34,032 nt of DNA, taken from Polyangiales bacterium. Lineage in GTDB: Bacteria > Myxococcota_A > Polyangia > Polyangiales > Houyiibacteriaceae. Below the pieces are notes generated by a model, which worked only from the letters and a program-made list of their open reading frames with translations, had not been told where the DNA came from and did no database searches. How positions within the stretch are numbered: position 1 is the first letter of the stretch; the number at the start of each line of letters is the position of its first letter. This document shows positions 1 to 9,168 of this stretch, one piece after another. The stretch lies in assembly GCA_045106895.1 (NCBI GenBank), contig JBGCFM010000018.1:1-34032 (forward strand), given 5' to 3'. The position numbers and the translations under genes are program-made.

Positions 1-66
1 GAGGCCCTTCAAGTCCTCGACGCCGTCGCGGCGATGACGTACCGGCTGGTGCACCCGCGCCGCTAG
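1..66 (+). CDS. 3' end of a truncated CDS, possibly a four-helix-bundle (IVS/Avd-like) protein
   Basis: Frame 1 reads EALQVLDAVAAMTYRLVHPRR* and ends at TAG 64-66. It resembles the LD-x-I/V-x-AML-x-RL C-terminus of four-helix-bundle proteins, but only 21 residues are visible. Confidence 0.35.
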   Translation, partial: EALQVLDAVAAMTYRLVHPRR

Positions 67-97
67 CGCGGGCCGCTGACGACAGCGAGCGCCCGCG
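67..97 (+). terminator. GC-rich stem-loop directly after the stop codon (possible terminator or mRNA stabiliser)
   Basis: CGCGGGC-CGCTG-acga-CAGCG-agc-GCCCGCG: 7 bp plus 5 bp stem with a 3-nt bulge. No U-tract. Confidence 0.4.
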
Positions 98-287
98 AAT
101 GTCGCGGGTGCTCAAGGTCGGGGACGGCGCGTGTGCTTCAGGCGGGGTGAACCCGCTCCATCGGGCGCTACTTCATTCCTGCCCGCGACGAATGCTCCAA
201 GCTACCACAGCGGAAACGGTGCTGTTTTGGCGGATCGGGAAGTTCAGCCTATCCAAAGTCCCGAGGGCGGTTCAAAGTAGCTAGCCA

Positions 288-764
288 ATGAGTGTCTTGA
301 CGCAGATTCGAACCACCGCACGTTCCCCTCGCTCCTTCGACATGGAGATCATCCAGATTCATCCGGACGCGACCGTTGCGGCACCGGACCACGAAGAAGA
401 TCGCCTCGCTCTGACTTTGCTCTTCATAGTCGACCTCATCTTACGGCGAGGCCACCACGGGCCCCTGGCTCAGTGGGTCGCCGAAGCGCTTGGCGTGGCC
501 TCGGTCGAGGAGATGACACTCGACGTTGAGGCTATTCTCCGCGCTTGGGATCCACTGATTGAAGACGCTGATGTGATCAGTCACCGGCCTGCGGCGGCTG
601 AAGCTTGGGAAAGCGACGCCCCGACAACGAGTCTCGTCGAGCAAGGAAAAGTCGCGCGGCTTCAGCTTCGCGTGACTCTTTCCACCGACATCGATTGTAC
701 CCCGTTCGCCGAGGGCGCCTCGATGGAGACGTCTCTCGACACGGCAGCGCTAGGTTGGCTCTGA
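288..764 (+). CDS. Hypothetical protein (158 aa, acidic, probably cytoplasmic)
   Basis: ORF with globular composition; overlapping frames are Arg-rich shadows. No known motif. Confidence 0.65.
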   Translation: MSVLTQIRTTARSPRSFDMEIIQIHPDATVAAPDHEEDRLALTLLFIVDLILRRGHHGPLAQWVAEALGVASVEEMTLDVEAILRAWDPLIEDADVISHRPAAAEAWESDAPTTSLVEQGKVARLQLRVTLSTDIDCTPFAEGASMETSLDTAALGWL

Positions 765-884
765 GCGTGGAACGAGCGCGCGCCAATCTGTTGAGTAGAG
801 GCGAGTTTCCGATCACGGCGTTGTGCATGAACGGGTGCACGCTTAGGCGCCGGAGTCGCGCGCGCTTCGGGTAGACTCTCGGCG

Positions 885-1493
885 GTGGAGACTCGCGACG
901 GCTTGAAGGTGCGAGTCTCGATGTCCGGCGAAGGCTACCGAGATACCGAGCGCACCACGGAGATCCAGCTGGAGTCCATGGAACGTGAGGAGGTCTCCTT
1001 CGTACACGCGCCCGCGCTCCGGGACTCTGGGCGCTTTCGCCGTCCGACGCTCATCGCGCTCGCTTCGCTCCTGCCGATGATCCTGCTGCTCAGCGCGTCA
1101 GACCGCGACGCCCTGGTGACGGCTCTCGAGTGGGCCTTCGTGGCCGCCGTTGCGCTCATCGTTTGGGGGGTCACCTATATCGATGGCGAGCGCGTTACGC
1201 GACGCCTGGCGGAAGCCGTCGATGATGACGCGCCGGACGCCGTGGAGCGAACGAGCATGACGGTCCGACCGGCGCAATCCATGGTTCTCGTCGGCGGCCA
1301 GCATCGCGAAGCGGGCGGCGGCGTGCGCGACGTGAAGTGCGTGCGCGTCGAGGAGTCCGTCGTGGAAGGACACAAGACGCTTCTTGCGGAGTACGCGGAT
1401 GGTGGGCGCGCGGTGCTCTTGGCGGACCTCAGTGAGGTAGAGCTTGCAGAGGTCTGCGCCTGTGCGCGCGCCCACGACTTGAAGGTGCTTTGA
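885..1493 (+). CDS. Hypothetical membrane protein with two predicted TM helices
   Basis: Hydrophobic segments LIALASLLPMILLLSA and WAFVAAVALIVWGVTYI. GTG start lies 7 nt after TAGACT (872-877). Confidence 0.7.
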   Translation: METRDGLKVRVSMSGEGYRDTERTTEIQLESMEREEVSFVHAPALRDSGRFRRPTLIALASLLPMILLLSASDRDALVTALEWAFVAAVALIVWGVTYIDGERVTRRLAEAVDDDAPDAVERTSMTVRPAQSMVLVGGQHREAGGGVRDVKCVRVEESVVEGHKTLLAEYADGGRAVLLADLSEVELAEVCACARAHDLKVL

Positions 1494-1563
1494 GCCCGCG
1501 AAGGTGGGTTCAAACGCAATGCGCCGGAGGAACACTTCACATCATGATCGCCGCCTCGCTTAG

Positions 1564-1595
1564 CCATGGCCGCCTTCCCATGGCCGACTTCCCAT
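1564..1595. repeat. 14-bp tandem direct repeat upstream of the mhuD-like gene
   Basis: ccatggccgccttc / ccatggccgacttc / ccat, one mismatch between the full units. Confidence 0.7.
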
Positions 1596-1622
1596 CGCGG
1601 GCAAGGGCGCTAGGCTTCGCTC

Positions 1623-1967
1623 ATGTCCATCGTGAAGATCAACGCCATCTCCGTCCCTGAGGGCAAAGGCCCCGAGCTTGAAAAGCGCTTCGCCGCCCGC
1701 GCCGGCGAAGTCGATAAAGCTCCTGGATTCGAGGAGTTCATGCTGCTGAGACCGACTCAGGGCGAAGAGCGCTACTTCGTCGTCACACGCTGGGAGTCTG
1801 AAGACGCGTTTCAGGCCTGGCGAAAGGGCCGAGCCTTCGAGAAGCAACATCGCCAGACGCACGAAGACGGTGGAAAGGGCGGCGCGAAACCAGCGCATCC
1901 CGTCGCCACGGGCGCGTCGCTCCTGGAGTTTGACGTCGTCTCGCTCACGCAGAAAAGCGATGGCTAG
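1623..1967 (+). CDS. mhuD: Antibiotic biosynthesis monooxygenase (ABM) family, MhuD/IsdG-like heme-degrading monooxygenase
   Basis: IVKINAISVPEGKGPELEKRFAAR...LLRP..GEERYFVVT.WES..AFQAW...PVATGASLLEFDVV closely follows mycobacterial MhuD as I recall it. Asn7, Arg26 and Trp66 are at the same positions; His76 matches the heme ligand His75. Confidence 0.85.
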   Translation: MSIVKINAISVPEGKGPELEKRFAARAGEVDKAPGFEEFMLLRPTQGEERYFVVTRWESEDAFQAWRKGRAFEKQHRQTHEDGGKGGAKPAHPVATGASLLEFDVVSLTQKSDG

Positions 1968-1989
1968 CACTCGCTTTGCGCACCGACAC

Positions 1990-3747
1990 CTACTGCGGCC
2001 GTGACCCCGGGGGCCAGATGGTGAACACCGCCTTGACGGCCTGAAACGCGCCGTCGCCCTGCGCTTGCGCTTCCGCGTTGACCTGAATGCCTTCGCGGCT
2101 CAGCACGGCGCGCAGCTCCGCGGAGGCGCGTGCGCTCGCTTGCGGCGGGCCGATGACTTGGACTTCGATCCAGCCCGCTCCGCGTAGCTGAGCCAGCGGG
2201 AGCGAGGCCACGTCGAGGCGCATGTCCACGGCGCCACCGAAGGCGACGTAGCCGATGATGACCTCGACGGTGACGGGCTCTACGTGAATCTCGAGCTGCG
2301 CTTCGGCGGCTGGAGTGACGGGCCTGGCGACACGGACGCGTGGCGCGGGGTTGGCGCCGACGTTCCGCGCGCCGCACGTGGCGATGGTCAAACGCTCGTA
2401 GCTCCCGAGCCCAAACTCGAGACCAACGCTGATGTAGTGCTCGCCGGCGAAGGGGCCCGCGATGCCCGCGCGGTAGCGGCCCGACAGCGCGACGCCGACG
2501 CCGCAGGTGGCGAACTGCACGCCGACGCGCGCGTCCACGAAGGCGCCGGGTCCGACCTCCTGAGGCGTGTCGCCGAACACACCGATGGCGCCGGCTCCGC
2601 CTTCGACGAAGAGGAAACGTCGCCGCCCGAGGAAGCCGCGCAAGCCGAGGGAACCGGTGACGAAACGTGAGAAGGGCGCCCGGGCGTTCGAGCGCGCGTC
2701 ATCGGTCCGCAACGCACCGAGCTCGACCCGCAAGCGCGGTTCGAGGAAGCGGTGAATGTTGAGACCGAGGGCGACTTCGCCGTTCATCCAAGCGCCCGTG
2801 CCGAAGACGGTTCCATAGGCCACGCCCAAGCTAAAACGAAAGGGCCCGCCGGCGTGCGCTTCGGAATAATTCCGGGGCGCGTGGAGGCGAAAGACGGGGC
2901 CGAGGCCGAAGGTCAGGAGCACGGAGCGGTTGGGGGTGCCCGCCTCGCCGAGGCCTTGAAGGTAACGCAGGGCCAGCTCGACCTCGACGGCGGTGGTGCC
3001 GTTGCGGACGGACCCGCGCGTCAACGTCAGCCCAAAGCCCACGAGGGGATGGGACTGAGCGCGCTCAGTCAACGAAACCGCGTATCCACCTTGTACAAAG
3101 AAGCCCACGGAGCGCCGTGCGGCCTCGTCGTAGAAACGCCGGAACAGGACGCGGCCCGTGAAGGCGTGGAGTCGCAGGCTTGGGAACACCTCATCGACGA
3201 CGCCGTCGCCATCACGATCATGCGCTGTGTTGCGCGCGCGCTGCACCAGCCACTCGGCGCCGAACCCAAGCCAGCGCGCGGGCCATAGAGAGAGGTCGAC
3301 GCCGCCTGCAAAATTCCGCTCCACGTTGTCCGCAGCGTCGAAGCCCACGCCGGCGCCCATCCAGAAGTGACGGCCAACCTCAAGCCCTGGGTCACGAGAC
3401 GGCGGATGGCACGTGTAGGGGACGCCGCTCCGCTCTCTCGGGATGAGCTGACCCGGCGCGCAGGGAGGCAAGCCTCGGAAGTTGGAGCGGGGCCAGTCCG
3501 TCGTCGCTGTCATCTCCGTCGCCAGCGGCGGCGCTGGCGCCAAGGTCGGCGCGGCCGCGGGCTCAGTCGCCGCGGGCTCAGTCGCGGGCTCCGTCGACGG
3601 CGACTGCCGAGCCCACTCTGGCACAGGGGGGCCTGATTCCGCTCCGGACTGCGCCTCTACACGAGCTGTGAGCGTGGTGCAGAGTGCGGCGCCAAGGGTG
3701 AACAGGAGAGCGCCGAAGAGTGGTGAGTCACTATGCATACAAGACAT
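1990..3747 (-). CDS. Secreted or outer-membrane protein, probably beta-barrel type
   Basis: Signal peptide ending VEA-Q, Pro/Ala/Thr-rich linker (TEPA repeats), many alternating Gly/aromatic amphipathic strands, and a DRDGDG calcium-loop-like motif. Confidence 0.6.
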   Translation of the reverse strand: MSCMHSDSPLFGALLFTLGAALCTTLTARVEAQSGAESGPPVPEWARQSPSTEPATEPAATEPAAAPTLAPAPPLATEMTATTDWPRSNFRGLPPCAPGQLIPRERSGVPYTCHPPSRDPGLEVGRHFWMGAGVGFDAADNVERNFAGGVDLSLWPARWLGFGAEWLVQRARNTAHDRDGDGVVDEVFPSLRLHAFTGRVLFRRFYDEAARRSVGFFVQGGYAVSLTERAQSHPLVGFGLTLTRGSVRNGTTAVEVELALRYLQGLGEAGTPNRSVLLTFGLGPVFRLHAPRNYSEAHAGGPFRFSLGVAYGTVFGTGAWMNGEVALGLNIHRFLEPRLRVELGALRTDDARSNARAPFSRFVTGSLGLRGFLGRRRFLFVEGGAGAIGVFGDTPQEVGPGAFVDARVGVQFATCGVGVALSGRYRAGIAGPFAGEHYISVGLEFGLGSYERLTIATCGARNVGANPAPRVRVARPVTPAAEAQLEIHVEPVTVEVIIGYVAFGGAVDMRLDVASLPLAQLRGAGWIEVQVIGPPQASARASAELRAVLSREGIQVNAEAQAQGDGAFQAVKAVFTIWPPGSRPQ

Positions 3748-3838
3748 CGACGTTTACCTGGCTCACAACTTCACGACGACGGATAATGACGGTAGCGCGT
3801 GTCAATCGGTGAGCCCTCTCCCAGGTGTCTTGACCTTA

Positions 3839-4471
3839 CTAGCTGCGCCCGGATTCCGCGTACACCCGATTCATCGTGGCTTCCGGCTCCGTCTTCCATG
3901 AGTTGAGCGTGTACTCGTCGTAGCCAATGCGAACCCTCGGGCATCGTTCGCGGAGGCAGTCGAAGGCAGGCTCGATGTCCTCGGCCACGGCGTCGAAGGT
4001 CTCGCGATCACCGGTCCGTAGAAAGACCCACATCTGACTCTTCTTCTCGATGCCGTGTCGATCTTTGACGACGTGACGATAGGCCCAGGCGATGCGTTCG
4101 ATAGGAACAGGAAAGAAGCCAGGGCCGAGGAGGAAGCTCTTTGTGAAGGAGAAGGCGCCCCAGGTCTCCCGCTCCTCCTGAAGCTCAGCGTCGAGTAGGG
4201 CGAACTCCGCCGGGGTGTGGACATGGCCAAGGTTGACGTGCCCAGCTACGCGCCCTGCCGTCGACCAGATCCTGAAGCCCCAAACGAGGACGCCAAGAGC
4301 GATGACGCCGCCGATGACGGAAAGAGGAATGCCAAGCTGAGGCAAGGCCAGAATAAAGAGCTGCGCCGCGATGTACACGAGGGCCACGACGGATACGCCG
4401 ATCGCCGTCTTCGCCGTGCTGCGGTCTGCATCGGCGAGTTCTCGCTGAAGGGTCGGGAATTCGTGCTCCAT
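3839..4471 (-). CDS. Hypothetical membrane protein (two TM helices plus soluble domain; possibly DUF6709-like)
   Basis: Two N-terminal hydrophobic helices, then IPIERIAWAY-like and CPRVRIGY segments. The family call is tentative. Confidence 0.6.
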   Translation of the reverse strand: MEHEFPTLQRELADADRSTAKTAIGVSVVALVYIAAQLFILALPQLGIPLSVIGGVIALGVLVWGFRIWSTAGRVAGHVNLGHVHTPAEFALLDAELQEERETWGAFSFTKSFLLGPGFFPVPIERIAWAYRHVVKDRHGIEKKSQMWVFLRTGDRETFDAVAEDIEPAFDCLRERCPRVRIGYDEYTLNSWKTEPEATMNRVYAESGRS

Positions 4472-4627
4472 GCGTTTACTCTCGAGTGCAAAGTTGCTTC
4501 GAGCGCAGACGATACGCGGAGTTCATGGACGAGGGAAGGGCGGTGCTCTCGGGAGGAGGGCCCTAGTGACCCAGGAGTGGGAGGTGCGTTGAGGCGCTCG
4601 ATTAGGAACGCCCCGATGGCTCAGAGC

Positions 4628-7600
4628 CTAAAGCGCCGCGCGCTCCTCCGGCGCCCCAGCGCGCTCCTCTTCTTCTTCGTCGGGCCCTACGATGGGCGAG
4701 CCGCCCCGTCGGGAAGGGCAGCCGTGGGGTTCAATGTAGTCCGCGTTGTCGAAGTAGAAGTCCATGGGGACGGCGAGTCCGTCCCGGTGGGACGAGCCTG
4801 CATTCATGGGGCCGCAGTACCATCGAGGGTCTGGCCCGCTGCACTCGGCCGCGTGCGCTAGAACAAGAAACGCTGGATGATCCATGGGCTGGCGACGCGC
4901 ATCTGAGTAACGCGGAACATTCCTCTCTTCGATGGCTCCGAGGCGGAGTCCAGGGGTCGCTGACGCTTCAAAGTGGCAGCTGGTGCAGAACGGGTTTTCA
5001 TCATCGCCGGGTCGCTCCAAGAGGGGAGAGAGGTCGGGGAGCTGCAGCATATCGGTGCGAATGCACGCGGAGCTTTGGCCGTTGCGGTGGACACGGTCTG
5101 CACACACGCGACTTCCATGCTGCGGTGCGATATCCGTGGGCCGCTCATGGCTGGAGAGAGACATCTGCTCGCAGATGACCGTCGGCGACAGCCCGCTGAT
5201 GTCCTCGAAGCGATTCGCTAGGGAGCGGAGGCGATCGCCGTTTGCACCCGCCGGAAGGTCACCCACCACGACCAACGTCCCGAGCGCCGTGTTGCAGATC
5301 TGCTCGTCAAACCATCCGAAGAGCTCGTCCTCGGGTCGAAGGCGATACACCTTCAGCTCATCGACCCATCCGCGAATGCCCAGGGATTCCCCGTCGCCGG
5401 CGCCATCATGAACAAGGACCTCGGGCGCGCCGATGGTCATCGTGCAGGAAGTGGAACAGGACGCTGGCATGAGGTCGAATCCATCGTCGAACTCCTCGTG
5501 AAACACGTAGGTGCCGTTCACGAAGACATCCGCCGTTCGATCACCGCCGTCGCTCTCCAAGCGGAAGCCGAGATGGATAAACGTACCTTCGCTCAACATT
5601 GTGCCAAGGCTCTGAACAGCCTGTACCTCTTCGTCCTCCATGAAGACGAGCTCGTAGGCATTGTAGGCGGCGCCGCGACGCAGGCCGATCCATGAGCCGT
5701 CGGGAAAATGAAAGAGCGCGCGCGTGGTGTGATTCGTTCCATCGCGCAGGTCGACAAACATGCCCACGTACCACGCATGATGACCGTCGCTCGGATACGT
5801 GAACTGGATGTGGTCGTTTTGACCGTCGAGGAACAAACCGCGCCCCAGCACGCCGCCCAATGCCACGGGTTCGACGCGTGCTCCGCCGCGAACCGTGAGC
5901 CTTTCCACGGGAGAAGCACCGGCTGCATTCTGCACGCGGACCTGCCCACCGAATTCTCGGTTCGGGTCGGTGTTAAACGTCGTCTCCGAGTTCGAATCGA
6001 AATAGCCCGATGAGATGAAACCATCGTCGATCTCCATGGCGGACGCGCCCATATTCGAACGGATACTGTGGTCATGGCTCGCGGACACGTTCATGTGCGC
6101 CACGACGAAGGCCTGCTCGTTCATGTATTCGTCGAAGGCGACCTCGCTCACGTGTTGGTTGTTCGAAGTCATCGTCCATACGACGTCGAAGGGAAGCGTC
6201 GGCCTGAGCGCATCGAACTGATTGAGGCGATTCTCAAAGGACTCGATGAGGCTGACGTCGAGTGGCGTGTAGCGGAGAGTGCCGTTGGCGTAGAGCGGCA
6301 AGCTGTACTGCAACATGTAGGAGCCTTTGTCCGTCGCCACCGGTCTTCCGCCCAAGTTGGAGGCGTTGAGCCCGTTGTCGAGAAGCACCATCTTCCCGCG
6401 CGTCCAGGCGCCCATCACCGCGACCTGATGACCCGCGCCGGTGGCCAGTCCCCGCCGGGTGCGCTCGGTGAGATGTTCTTCATCTCGGGCTGGGGCTATG
6501 TGGTCGTTGCGACCATCCACGAACACTCGATCGATTTGATGGTCGAATGCGCGATAGGTTTCCCGGCGCTCATTGTAGGCGGCGAAGAAAATGTTCCGGC
6601 CGTCTCGGTCGATCCAGCCGTACGCATAGCGACCGATGGCGCCGAGGGGGATCTCTTGTCCGCTTGGGTCCCGAAAGTGACCGCCGTCTGGATGAGCCAC
6701 GGGATAGCTCGCCATCTCTTCGTCCACGGGCATCAAGCTGATGGGCAAGTACGATGAAAATCCACTCGCGTCGCAGGGCGCCACGCTGTTGGTCGAATAG
6801 TAGAAGCCCTCGACGGCGTTGAGCACTAGCACCTGGCCGTCGCCGGTGGTGACGAGCTCAAAGAGCCGAGTTCCTCGAAGGACGCCGGTGGTATCTCTCC
6901 CATCCCAGGTGCTCACGCCGCTGCGATCAGCCGTGGCGTTTCGGTTCGTGTCGAAATGAAACTCGCTCGATCGCCGTTGGTTGTAGAGGAACTCACACCA
7001 AGCCGGCGCGTTCGGGTTCGGCGAGGTTCCACTCGAATAGCATCTCGCCGGCACATGGTGGGTGGTCACGACATCTTCGCCTCTGTCGATACGGACGGGG
7101 ATCGAATCCACCGTGCCAAAATCGGCGATGGACACATCACCATAGTCCTCGAGCTTCGAGGAGAAGTCCCAAGGGAAGAGACGCGCCAGATCGTAGGGGG
7201 CGAAATCCGGCAAGACGTAGTGGCCAGACTGCGTATCGAAAACCTGTCCAGGGTTGTCCGGATAGATCCACGATCGGGGCCCTGTTCCAGACCCGTTCCC
7301 CGCCGTGCAGGACATGGCGTCCGGAACGAATACTGTGACCGGTGCGGAGCGGAGTTCAGTCCGCGACGCGCCCGTCGTGGATGACGCGGACGCGAGGTAG
7401 GTGACGCGATAACACAGGCCATCCACGAGCGTATTGTCTTCTTCTTCTGCAGGTGCGTCAGCGTCGAGTTCGTAGTTGAAGCGTCCGTAGCGGGCGCTGC
7501 AGGGGACCGGATCTCGAGTTTGGTTCACGCCTGTACCGCTGTTGATGCACAGGGTGCTGTGCAATGTGTCGACGAAGCCGGCGGACTTCAGCGTCGTGAC

Positions 7601-8461
7601 CTGAGCGTCCGCGCCGTCGACGTCGAAGGCTGTGTTGCTCGGGTCAAAGTACGCGAGGCCATGGAGGCTGGCCCCCTGCATAGGAAACGCCGAGTACGTG
7701 TTGTTCGGTCGCTCATCGTAGTTGTCCGGGGCGATGTTGCGCGTCTGCAGGTCGTAGTCGATACGTTCCGGCCGGAAGGGCGCGAAGGACGGCCAGTTTC
7801 GGTAGGGGTGCCGAAGGTGCAGCATGCCGTCGCGGGTGTGCGGGTCGAAGGGCAGCACCTGCGTATCGCCAGGTTGCGGCCGCTCTTCGGGTCTCCACGA
7901 GTCACCCGAATCGGAACGCTTCCCATCGTAGCGCGCCACTCCGTCGCCTGGGTCTCCTTGGCGAGAGGTCCCGACTCGGCGCTCGATGCTTGGTCTTGGC
8001 GGCAGCGCTTGATTGAAGCAGTGATCGATGTGCTCAAACCCCTCGGCGTCGCAGGCCCCGTCCGCATCTGCGGCGGTGATGTCGGAGAAGCGCTCCTCTT
8101 GGCCCGGCGGATCGAAGCGCGACCAGAGTTCACCGGAGCGGTCGGGGAGCAGAACATCACAGAGCGCCGAAGGGCTATGGTGGAGGGAGGCCCACTCCGG
8201 ATGCTCGTCCAGGATATAGTTGCATTCATCGGCGCACGCGTAGCGTTCCGGCGCGACGTTTTGGTACGAAGCTTGTCCCCACACGGAAGCGCAGCATGCG
8301 CTTAGACTTGCAGGAGAACCCTCGGGACACGGATCCCCATCGCCCGGGACGCGGGCGAAGCTAGTGGCGTTGATCGCGGGTGTCGAACCGGTCAGTTCGC
8401 CCGTGCAGCTGAGCATGAGCGGCACAGCGACGAGAAGAGTGAGGGGCAAGCGTGTTGACAT
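4628..8461 (-). CDS. Large Cys-rich lipoprotein (1277 aa) with a LamG/concanavalin-like domain and one C-terminal c-type heme motif
   Basis: Lipobox-like LMLS-C. LamG-like GVLGRGLFLDGQNDHIQF ... RGWVDELKVY. CTSCH at 4973-4987. Confidence 0.75.
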   Translation of the reverse strand: MSTRLPLTLLVAVPLMLSCTGELTGSTPAINATSFARVPGDGDPCPEGSPASLSACCASVWGQASYQNVAPERYACADECNYILDEHPEWASLHHSPSALCDVLLPDRSGELWSRFDPPGQEERFSDITAADADGACDAEGFEHIDHCFNQALPPRPSIERRVGTSRQGDPGDGVARYDGKRSDSGDSWRPEERPQPGDTQVLPFDPHTRDGMLHLRHPYRNWPSFAPFRPERIDYDLQTRNIAPDNYDERPNNTYSAFPMQGASLHGLAYFDPSNTAFDVDGADAQVTTLKSAGFVDTLHSTLCINSGTGVNQTRDPVPCSARYGRFNYELDADAPAEEEDNTLVDGLCYRVTYLASASSTTGASRTELRSAPVTVFVPDAMSCTAGNGSGTGPRSWIYPDNPGQVFDTQSGHYVLPDFAPYDLARLFPWDFSSKLEDYGDVSIADFGTVDSIPVRIDRGEDVVTTHHVPARCYSSGTSPNPNAPAWCEFLYNQRRSSEFHFDTNRNATADRSGVSTWDGRDTTGVLRGTRLFELVTTGDGQVLVLNAVEGFYYSTNSVAPCDASGFSSYLPISLMPVDEEMASYPVAHPDGGHFRDPSGQEIPLGAIGRYAYGWIDRDGRNIFFAAYNERRETYRAFDHQIDRVFVDGRNDHIAPARDEEHLTERTRRGLATGAGHQVAVMGAWTRGKMVLLDNGLNASNLGGRPVATDKGSYMLQYSLPLYANGTLRYTPLDVSLIESFENRLNQFDALRPTLPFDVVWTMTSNNQHVSEVAFDEYMNEQAFVVAHMNVSASHDHSIRSNMGASAMEIDDGFISSGYFDSNSETTFNTDPNREFGGQVRVQNAAGASPVERLTVRGGARVEPVALGGVLGRGLFLDGQNDHIQFTYPSDGHHAWYVGMFVDLRDGTNHTTRALFHFPDGSWIGLRRGAAYNAYELVFMEDEEVQAVQSLGTMLSEGTFIHLGFRLESDGGDRTADVFVNGTYVFHEEFDDGFDLMPASCSTSCTMTIGAPEVLVHDGAGDGESLGIRGWVDELKVYRLRPEDELFGWFDEQICNTALGTLVVVGDLPAGANGDRLRSLANRFEDISGLSPTVICEQMSLSSHERPTDIAPQHGSRVCADRVHRNGQSSACIRTDMLQLPDLSPLLERPGDDENPFCTSCHFEASATPGLRLGAIEERNVPRYSDARRQPMDHPAFLVLAHAAECSGPDPRWYCGPMNAGSSHRDGLAVPMDFYFDNADYIEPHGCPSRRGGSPIVGPDEEEEERAGAPEERAAL

Positions 8462-8571
8462 GATGGCGAGCTAGCCCGCCCCAAATCTTCGAACAAGCTC
8501 AACCAAAATACGGTGTATGAGAGTAGCCTCCCGTCGGTGTTAAGCGTCCGCGCCGCAGGCGCCGGAGAAAG

Positions 8572-9168
8572 CTAGGACGCCGCGCTACGGGCTCGCGACA
8601 AAACAAGAAGCACCAACCCCCCGCTCACCGCCGCCTTGATCGTCACGCTGCCCCACGGGCTCAGCATCAGGTGGGCGACGACGAAGAGCGCTGCTGCGTA
8701 AACGAGGCGATGCAGGACCTTCCAGTGGCCAATGCGCAGCGCGCGAACGATACGCGGAAACGAGGTGAAGAAGAGCAGCGAGAGCACGGCGAAGGCGAGG
8801 GCGCCGGCGGCTAAGTAGGGCCAAGTGAGGACCGCCTGCCAGGCGCCGTCCAGTGGGCCAAAGAGCGAGAGCGCCACATGGACAGTACTGGCGAAGGCGG
8901 TGGCAATGCCGATGGCGCGGCGCCACGCGGACAAGGCACGGAGCCGCGGGATGCGGCTGAGCGGCGTCACGCAAAGGCCGAGGGCGAGACCCCCGACGGC
9001 GACCCAGCCGCTGAAGCGCGCCATGGCGAGACCCCGGGAGGAGTCCCATTCCGTAGAAGCGTAAGCGAAGCTGACGGCGGCGAGCACGACAAAAAAGGTG
9101 ACGCCGAGGGCACGCGCGACGCGCACGCTTGGCTTCGCGCCCGTCTTCTGATTCTCTCGTTGGAGCAC
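8572..9168 (-). CDS. msrQ: MsrQ/YedZ-like heme b membrane protein (ferric reductase-like transmembrane domain)
   Basis: LCVTPL, WRRAIG...H, FFTS, WKVLHRLVY...AH: the three conserved His of MsrQ with 5-6 TM helices. GTG start overlaps the upstream TAG (TAGTG). Confidence 0.85.
   Translation of the reverse strand: MLQRENQKTGAKPSVRVARALGVTFFVVLAAVSFAYASTEWDSSRGLAMARFSGWVAVGGLALGLCVTPLSRIPRLRALSAWRRAIGIATAFASTVHVALSLFGPLDGAWQAVLTWPYLAAGALAFAVLSLLFFTSFPRIVRALRIGHWKVLHRLVYAAALFVVAHLMLSPWGSVTIKAAVSGGLVLLVLSRARSAAS

Noticed and set aside
1..287. Diversity-generating retroelement or IVS element suggested by a possible four-helix-bundle gene
   Set aside because: Only 21 codons are visible; no reverse transcriptase, TR/VR pair or rRNA in the window.
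3554..3597. 15-bp tandem repeats (gccgcgggctcagtc) as a CRISPR or other functional array
   Set aside because: They encode the TEPAA linker in frame; no spacers and no cas genes.
4472..4627. Structured ncRNA or riboswitch in the intergenic region
   Set aside because: No recognisable Rfam-type motif or convincing stem pattern by eye.
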